A DNA stretch of 62,349 bases, the filler included, from Candidatus Woesearchaeota archaeon (GTDB lineage Archaea > Nanobdellota > Nanobdellia > Woesearchaeales > DATGWN01), in assembly GCA_047603125.1 (NCBI GenBank). It is 5 parts of 5 records of this genome, joined end to end, with 100 filler letters (N's around TTAATTAATTAA, not from the genome) between each part and the next. Parts side by side here need not be neighbours in the genome. Positions count along the whole stretch, not along the records: positions 56,414 to 59,357 come from JBLKOU010000066.1; positions 59,458 to 62,349 come from JBLKOU010000067.1; 3 more parts are not named here. One strand, given 5' to 3'. Below, in pieces: positions 56,595-62,349 of this stretch (position 1 is its first letter; every line of letters starts with the position of its first letter). Position numbers and translations under genes: made by a program. The notes below the pieces were generated by a model. It was given only the letters and a program-made list of their open reading frames with translations. It was not told where the DNA came from and ran no database searches.

Positions 56595-57857
56595 GTGAAA
56601 GTTTTAATGTTTGGTTGGGAATTACCACCCCTATACGCAGGAGGTATAGGCATGGTATGCTACGATTTAATCAAAGAGCTTACAGCCCAAAATGTCCACG
56701 TCACCTATCTAATGCCATTTGGCCCAAAAGATTTTCCAACTGATACAAACGCACAAATTGTCGTTGCAGAGCAAGCGTTTCCTGAGCTCGAACTTTCTGA
56801 AGTTGACATTCGAAAAGTTCATACACTCTTTAATGCCTATCAGTCTCCACAAGAATACGAACAAGCATACAAAGAACAGCTCAAACGTGAAAAAGAACGG
56901 GGCGTTCGAAAAAATCTATACGGACCAAATTTATTTGCAGAAGTCGATTTATTTGCAAAACGCGCATACGAACTCATTGATGATGTTGAATTTGATGTTA
57001 TACACGCACATGACTGGATGACGTTTCCAGCTGCAATTGGCGTAAAACAAAAAACAGGAAAACCACTCATCGTCCACGTCCACAACACTATTTTTGATCG
57101 CTACTTAGGAAATGCATCTCCGCATGAAAAAAACATAGAATGCTCAGGTCTTGAACACGCCGATGTCATCGTTGTTGTTTCTAACTACATTAAAAATACA
57201 CTTGTTGACAAATATCACGTCGACCCAAATAAGATTCAAGTAATTCACAATGCTCCAAACTCGCTACTACGAAATGTCAAGAAAAAGACAGAATATAAGC
57301 TTGATATCGGCGATGATAAAATGGTTCTCTTTACAGGGCGTATGACCATGCAAAAAGGTCCTGAGTATTTTGTACACTGTGCAAAAAAAGTTCTTGAACA
57401 TCGAGATGACGTCACATTTGTTATGGCAGGCAGCGGAGATCTTTTTGAAAACACAATTAACCTTGCATCACACTTAGGAATTTCTCATAAATTTTTATTT
57501 ACAGGATTTTATACTATGGATCAGGCAAAATCCCTGTATCAGCGAGCAGATTGTTATATTATGCCATCCGTCTCCGAGCCATTTGGCATCGTTCCGCTTG
57601 AAGCTATGGATGAGGGTGCTCCGACTATGATTACGCGTACATCCGGTTGTAGCGAAGTTATACATCACGCACTTAAAATTGATTTTTGGGATATTCATCA
57701 AATGGCAAATAAAGTCTTAGCAGTCTTAGAATATCCACAGCTCAAACAAGAATTAAAACTCAATGGGCAAGCACAAGTTAGTTCAATGAATTGGAGCAAG
57801 CCTGCAACACTTTGTAAGACATTATATCATTCACTTTCAAACCAACGACAGGTTTGA
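56595..57857 (+). CDS. GT4 glycosyltransferase (glycogen synthase-like)
   Basis: MFGWELPP..GGIG, HAHDWMT, GRMTMQKG, PSVSEPFGIVPLEAM; adjacent to a GH57 gene. Confidence 0.9.
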   Translation: MKVLMFGWELPPLYAGGIGMVCYDLIKELTAQNVHVTYLMPFGPKDFPTDTNAQIVVAEQAFPELELSEVDIRKVHTLFNAYQSPQEYEQAYKEQLKREKERGVRKNLYGPNLFAEVDLFAKRAYELIDDVEFDVIHAHDWMTFPAAIGVKQKTGKPLIVHVHNTIFDRYLGNASPHEKNIECSGLEHADVIVVVSNYIKNTLVDKYHVDPNKIQVIHNAPNSLLRNVKKKTEYKLDIGDDKMVLFTGRMTMQKGPEYFVHCAKKVLEHRDDVTFVMAGSGDLFENTINLASHLGISHKFLFTGFYTMDQAKSLYQRADCYIMPSVSEPFGIVPLEAMDEGAPTMITRTSGCSEVIHHALKIDFWDIHQMANKVLAVLEYPQLKQELKLNGQAQVSSMNWSKPATLCKTLYHSLSNQRQV

Positions 57858-57886
57858 ATACCACCAGAAGAAAAAAGAGCGATACC

Positions 57887-59095
57887 ATGAGTAGCATTTG
57901 CTTATATGTTCAAATACACCAACCATTTCGGCTTCGACCATTCACCGTATTTGACATAGGGAAAAACGAATCCTATTTTGATCTAAAAACAAATAAAGAC
58001 ATTTTACAAAAAGTTGCAAAACACTCTTACATCCCTACGCTTGAGCGAATTGAGAAACTCATTGCAAAAACAAATCTTGCCATCACTTTTAGCATCTCAG
58101 GTCTTGCTCTTGAACAACTCCAAGAATACGAACCAACAGTTATTGAAAAACTAAAAAAACTCGCAACATCATCCCAAGTTTCTTTCTTAAGTGAAACATA
58201 TCACCATAATTTAGCAAGTGTCTACTCACATGAAGAATTTATAGAACAGATACAGCTTCACACAAAAGCATTAAAGTACTATCTTGGAATTGATAAGCCA
58301 ACGATTTTTCGAAACACGGAACTTATTTACAGTGATGAAATTGCACAAATTGTAGAATCACTTGGCTACAAAGCAATTCTTGCAGAAGGTGTTCCCGAAA
58401 TGCTTGACTGGAGAAGCCCAAATCACCTCTATACTGCAAAGGACACAACACTCAAAGTCTTTTTTAAAAATTTTAAACTCAGCGACGATATCGCATTTCG
58501 ATTCTCCGATAAAAAATGGGCAGACTGGCCCCTCACTCCTGAAAAATTTGCAAAATGGACGCAACAATCACAAGCACAACTTATTAACCTATTTATTGAC
58601 TTTGAAACATTTGGCGAGCATCAACGCGAAGATTCAGGCATTTTTACATTTTTAGAGGAACTCCCCGATGCAATTAATGACGCGGGAGGAACATTCATGA
58701 CTTTACCCACTGCATGCAGTACATTCGAATCGAAAGGAGAAATTAGCGTCCCGACATTTACCTCATGGGCAGATCAAAAAAGAGACTTAAGCGCGTGGAC
58801 GCAAAATACAATGCAACAATCTGCAATTCGGCGCATCTTTGACTTACGCGAGCAAGTGCTCAAAACTAAAGACAAAACACTTATTGACGATTGGAGAAAA
58901 CTTACAACCTCCGATCATTTTTATTACATGTCGACAAAAATTGCAAGCGACGGAGCAGTCCATTCGTACTTTAGTCCATATGACAGCCCGTATGATGCAT
59001 TCATCGCTTTTATGAATGTAGTAAGCGACTTAGAAAAACGCGTATTACAAACACAGCAACAAGAAAAAGCACAGGCAACTCCATCCAAAAAATAA
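57887..59095 (+). CDS. GH57 alpha-amylase/glucan-modifying enzyme
   Basis: HQP, SETYHH, FRNTELIY, LSDDIAFRF, DFETFGEHQ, SWAD, SDHFYYM. Confidence 0.92.
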   Translation: MSSICLYVQIHQPFRLRPFTVFDIGKNESYFDLKTNKDILQKVAKHSYIPTLERIEKLIAKTNLAITFSISGLALEQLQEYEPTVIEKLKKLATSSQVSFLSETYHHNLASVYSHEEFIEQIQLHTKALKYYLGIDKPTIFRNTELIYSDEIAQIVESLGYKAILAEGVPEMLDWRSPNHLYTAKDTTLKVFFKNFKLSDDIAFRFSDKKWADWPLTPEKFAKWTQQSQAQLINLFIDFETFGEHQREDSGIFTFLEELPDAINDAGGTFMTLPTACSTFESKGEISVPTFTSWADQKRDLSAWTQNTMQQSAIRRIFDLREQVLKTKDKTLIDDWRKLTTSDHFYYMSTKIASDGAVHSYFSPYDSPYDAFIAFMNVVSDLEKRVLQTQQQEKAQATPSKK

Positions 59096-59275
59096 GAAAA
59101 AGGAGCACCTTGCAGAAAAATCAAAAAATTTGGTGATTGTTTGAAACCCTCTTTCAAACTTGAGGATGAAAATCCGAAAAGTTGCAACCAATTTTTTATA
59201 AGATTCTCAAAGCGAGACTCTTGAGCCAAATCTGCGTGCTCTTTTCTGTGACAAAAACAAGTTTTGGATGAAACC
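59077..59275 (-). repeat. Structured element family B, long subtype with ~45-nt extra module
   Basis: Matches 25658-25810 in reverse complement plus an insert containing the GTTTGAAA-ccctc-TTTCAAAC hairpin; overlaps the GH57 stop codon. Confidence 0.85.
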
Positions 59276-59357
59276 AACACTAGTCTGCGACAAAAGAAAA
59301 AGATATAAATGAGTAGTTCTAAGTATATTTCATGTTATCAATACCTGAACGAAAATT

Positions 59358-59457
59358 NNNNNNNNNNNNNNNNNNNNNNNNNNNNNNNNNNNNNNNNNNN
59401 NTTAATTAATTAANNNNNNNNNNNNNNNNNNNNNNNNNNNNNNNNNNNNNNNNNNNN
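59358..59457. other. Artificial contig linker
   Basis: N44-TTAATTAATTAA-N44. Confidence 0.98.
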
Positions 59458-59517
59458 TTATTTTTGTTTGTGTCATGATAAACCAAACAAATCTAAGGGC
59501 ACTTATTTATTTAACTG

Positions 59518-60453
59518 TCAAACTTGGGCTATAAGCTGTATGCACTCCGTTGCATTTTTTGCGCCGCGAGCAGTCCATCGTGCATGATCTTGAATTTCAG
59601 AAAACCGATACCGCGTTTCACGTGTCTTATAAAGTTGCAACCAATCAACAAAATCTTGTTTTGCTTGTGATGTTTTCTCATAGAGTGTTTGTGGCTTCTC
59701 AGGTTGTGTTTTTGTTTCATACCACTTATTCAAATCAGAAAATACTGAAGGATTATGTTTTGCACCGCGCCCACACATAATTGCATCACATTTTGTATGT
59801 GCAAATGCCATATGCGCCATATAACTATTTGTCACATCTCCAGAAAGAATGAGAGGGATAGATATGGCCTCTTTTACTTTTCTAACCAGTGGCCAGTCAG
59901 CTCTTACAGTGTAAAGTTCTTTTCGTGTTCGCGGATGAATTGTCAACGCATCAATACCGCAGCGCTCCAACATCTGTGCAACGTGTACTGCATTTTTTTC
60001 CTGCCAGCCTGCACGTATTTTTACAAAGAAAGGTTTTTGTATAATTTCTCGCATTTGTAAAATAAGTTTTTCCAATTGATCAGGATGCTTCATCAAATAC
60101 ACTCCACCCTTTTTTGCAAGCATGTATGAGAGTGGGCAACCCACATTATAATCAAAACCATCACAATGAGAATCCAATATCCGTACTGTCTGTGAAATCG
60201 TTTGTATATTTGGACCTGCTAATTGAATAATGAGTGGTCGTTCATCAGGCTGAGGATTAATGAGTTTTTGAATAGCGACTTGTTCTCCTTTTTGCTCAAC
60301 CATTTGCATGAACACGTCACAGTCAATCATATCAGTAAAAATAAGACCTGCACCTCTTTTTTTACACAATACTCGAAACGATGCACAATTAACCGCTTCC
60401 ATCGGTGCAAGAATAAATGGATTTTCAAGTGTTAACTCTCTGATTTGAATCAT
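59518..60453 (-). CDS. dus: tRNA-dihydrouridine synthase
   Basis: LAPME, IIQLAG, YNVGCP, VKIRAG, IHPRT, ADW, SGDV, MCGRG. Confidence 0.92.
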   Translation of the reverse strand: MIQIRELTLENPFILAPMEAVNCASFRVLCKKRGAGLIFTDMIDCDVFMQMVEQKGEQVAIQKLINPQPDERPLIIQLAGPNIQTISQTVRILDSHCDGFDYNVGCPLSYMLAKKGGVYLMKHPDQLEKLILQMREIIQKPFFVKIRAGWQEKNAVHVAQMLERCGIDALTIHPRTRKELYTVRADWPLVRKVKEAISIPLILSGDVTNSYMAHMAFAHTKCDAIMCGRGAKHNPSVFSDLNKWYETKTQPEKPQTLYEKTSQAKQDFVDWLQLYKTRETRYRFSEIQDHARWTARGAKNATECIQLIAQV

Positions 60454-61427
60454 ATGAGCATCCTCTGTTGCTGTGATAAAAATTGGCTTTTTTCAATGGG
60501 AAGTTTTTTGAGCTGGAGATATTTTTTGACAAGTGCGACATCTGAGAATTCTAAACCTTGTTTTAAAAGAGCATCTCGCACGGTTTCGCGCACAACCCAC
60601 ACACCTGCAGATTTATACGAGGGATCAATTGAGCGAAAAATAACCACACTTGCTTGTTTTTTCACCAGTCTTAAATATTCTAAAACAGCTAATTTAGCCG
60701 AATAGTATGCACCCGCCGTTTCTGTAGCATATCCTGATTTTCCAAATTCCTTCTCTCGATTCAAACAGATTTTTTGACCAATGACTTCTATAAATTCAAA
60801 GCAAAATGGTCCTTCAAGAAGGATAATTGTAAATGCATTTTTTTCATACTCATCAAAAAAAATCATATTTGCATGTGTGTCGCATCCAGCAAGTTCTTTT
60901 TTTAGCTGTGCACTTTTCAAGGAATCAACTGCGGTTATTGCTTGTCTAGTCGGGACAATCTGTCTATTTTTTCCAAGGCCAGCCACACTAAATAATCGAC
61001 TGATATGATACTCACTTACGTTTTCCAAAGACTCCAAGGCCTGGCTTACGGTGGCATCCGTATCATAGTAGGCGTTTTCTAGTTCACGAAGAGGAGTATT
61101 TTCAAGTATATGTATGTGCGAATAATCCCCTTTTTGAAAGGGAAGCATATCTTTTGGTGTTGCAAGAGATGTTCCTATTTGTTTTTCTACATCAACAAGC
61201 GGCGTTGTTTGTGCAAGCGCAAGTTCTTGAACCGTTGGTAAATCTTTTGAGCGCACACCAACAAGACTCTTTCGAAACGCCATTATTGATTGTAGACTCA
61301 CATTGTGTTTTTTCCAACTTCGCGGATCTTCAGATAAAGAATCATCTTGTTTTTCGAACTGCTCTTTTGTTAGAGTGTGAATAGTATACTCGGAGACGAT
61401 GATGTTTGGAGCATGTGCGCGAACCAT
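60450..61427 (-). CDS. nreA: Nre-family DNA repair protein
   Basis: RQIVPTRQAITAVD, AGAYYSAKLAVLEYL, GVWVVRETVR, C-terminal PIP-like QRML. Confidence 0.82.
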   Translation of the reverse strand: MVRAHAPNIIVSEYTIHTLTKEQFEKQDDSLSEDPRSWKKHNVSLQSIMAFRKSLVGVRSKDLPTVQELALAQTTPLVDVEKQIGTSLATPKDMLPFQKGDYSHIHILENTPLRELENAYYDTDATVSQALESLENVSEYHISRLFSVAGLGKNRQIVPTRQAITAVDSLKSAQLKKELAGCDTHANMIFFDEYEKNAFTIILLEGPFCFEFIEVIGQKICLNREKEFGKSGYATETAGAYYSAKLAVLEYLRLVKKQASVVIFRSIDPSYKSAGVWVVRETVRDALLKQGLEFSDVALVKKYLQLKKLPIEKSQFLSQQQRMLI

Positions 61428-61466
61428 AGGAGTGGGAATTTGGTTATATTTAAAAAATAAGTGGAC

Positions 61467-62276
61467 TCAACTTTGAGACTGCGCCTGAAAAAAGGCATCT
61501 AATTGCTCTTGAAGAACATTCGTAAACTCGCCACTCATCCATAAATCATTATGCCCTCTATTTTCAATTAAAAAATAGGCTTTATCCTCTGTTCTCAACG
61601 AATCATAGACTTGACGAGAAAATCTTGTAGGTACGATTCTATCAGCCGTGCCATGAATAAGAACTGCCCTTCCCGTATACGTTTCAAGCCAATTTTGTGT
61701 ATATAACTGCTCTCGTAAAAGAACAGAGGCAGGATAAATGCGATATTTTGACTGTGCAACCTCATGAAGGGATGGGAATGTGCTGACTAAAAAGAGTGCA
61801 TCAACTTGAGCGTTTTTTGCATGATACGCTCCAAGAGCACTTCCCAAACTCTGACCATAGACAATCACTTTCTCAAAGCCTTCCTCTTCTAAAAAAGCGA
61901 TAATATCATGAACATTTTGTTGTAATTTTTTTGTGCTGGGCGTTTTTTGATCATTGGAATATCCCGTATATTCCACATAAATCATTGACATTCCCGGTCG
62001 TTGCAAATGTTCGCGCGTTGGACTTCTCGCACATGCAGAACCGGCGTTTCCATGATAGTACACAAGAACAGATTCTTTTGACTCAAACTTATAATAAAAC
62101 CGCGTATCATGTATTTGTTTTATTTGAAAATCTGAAAAGCCAGGGCAATTTTTAAAATCTTGATTATCCGGGTAAAAAATAAGCGATGTTTGTGCTAAAT
62201 ACAAATATACACCAAAAAGCACATAGACGATAAAAACTGCAATTCCCATATGAATCAAACTTTGCGTTATACTCAT
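61467..62276 (-). CDS. Alpha/beta hydrolase (ABHD/BEM46-like), N-terminal TM
   Basis: YYHGNAG, EYTGY, GQSLG, IHGTADRIVP, GHND. Confidence 0.9.
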   Translation of the reverse strand: MSITQSLIHMGIAVFIVYVLFGVYLYLAQTSLIFYPDNQDFKNCPGFSDFQIKQIHDTRFYYKFESKESVLVYYHGNAGSACARSPTREHLQRPGMSMIYVEYTGYSNDQKTPSTKKLQQNVHDIIAFLEEEGFEKVIVYGQSLGSALGAYHAKNAQVDALFLVSTFPSLHEVAQSKYRIYPASVLLREQLYTQNWLETYTGRAVLIHGTADRIVPTRFSRQVYDSLRTEDKAYFLIENRGHNDLWMSGEFTNVLQEQLDAFFQAQSQS

Positions 62277-62349
62277 CTATGTTAAACCTCGCATGTTTTT
62301 ATAGCTTTTCATTTTTTGTTTGTATTTTTCCAAATACCTCTCACAAAAG

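Noticed and set aside
53528..59095. Apparent single carbohydrate cluster (GH100, SPP, GT4, GH57)
   Set aside because: Split by the linker at 56314-56413; the two contigs need not be adjacent.
1..62349. CRISPR array, rRNA, integrase or reverse transcriptase (DGR)
   Set aside because: No regularly spaced repeats or matching genes were seen; the 610-bp duplication differs at only one visible position, with no adenine-specific variable region.

Overview
AT-rich archaeal DNA, most likely a DPANN (Woesearchaeota-like) metagenome-assembled genome. Markers are the archaeal NAC, Sec61beta, RadB, Rpp21, aIF6, prefoldin, fibrillarin/Nop5, Nre and Pth2 genes, and TATA boxes about 20-30 nt before mostly leaderless starts. 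The window is five contigs joined by artificial 100-nt N/TTAATTAATTAA linkers (1-26627, 26728-53037, 53138-56313, 56414-59357, 59458-62349), so adjacency across linkers means nothing. Besides housekeeping genes it holds two toxin-antitoxin pairs, a mini-intein in a HerA-like ATPase, tRNA-Lys(CTT) and several sugar/glycogen genes. It also holds a surface-protein locus: three FG-GAP proteins, a bacterial-type PEP-CTERM protein and a ~610-bp in-frame duplication. The most novel signal is non-coding. A dispersed, modular family of structured intergenic elements (at least 6-7 copies) has covarying stems, strand-specific G-U pairs and a conserved TTCTGA...C-AAG-G foot. At two loci it sits directly behind a second covarying element that carries an IS200/IS605-type hairpin.
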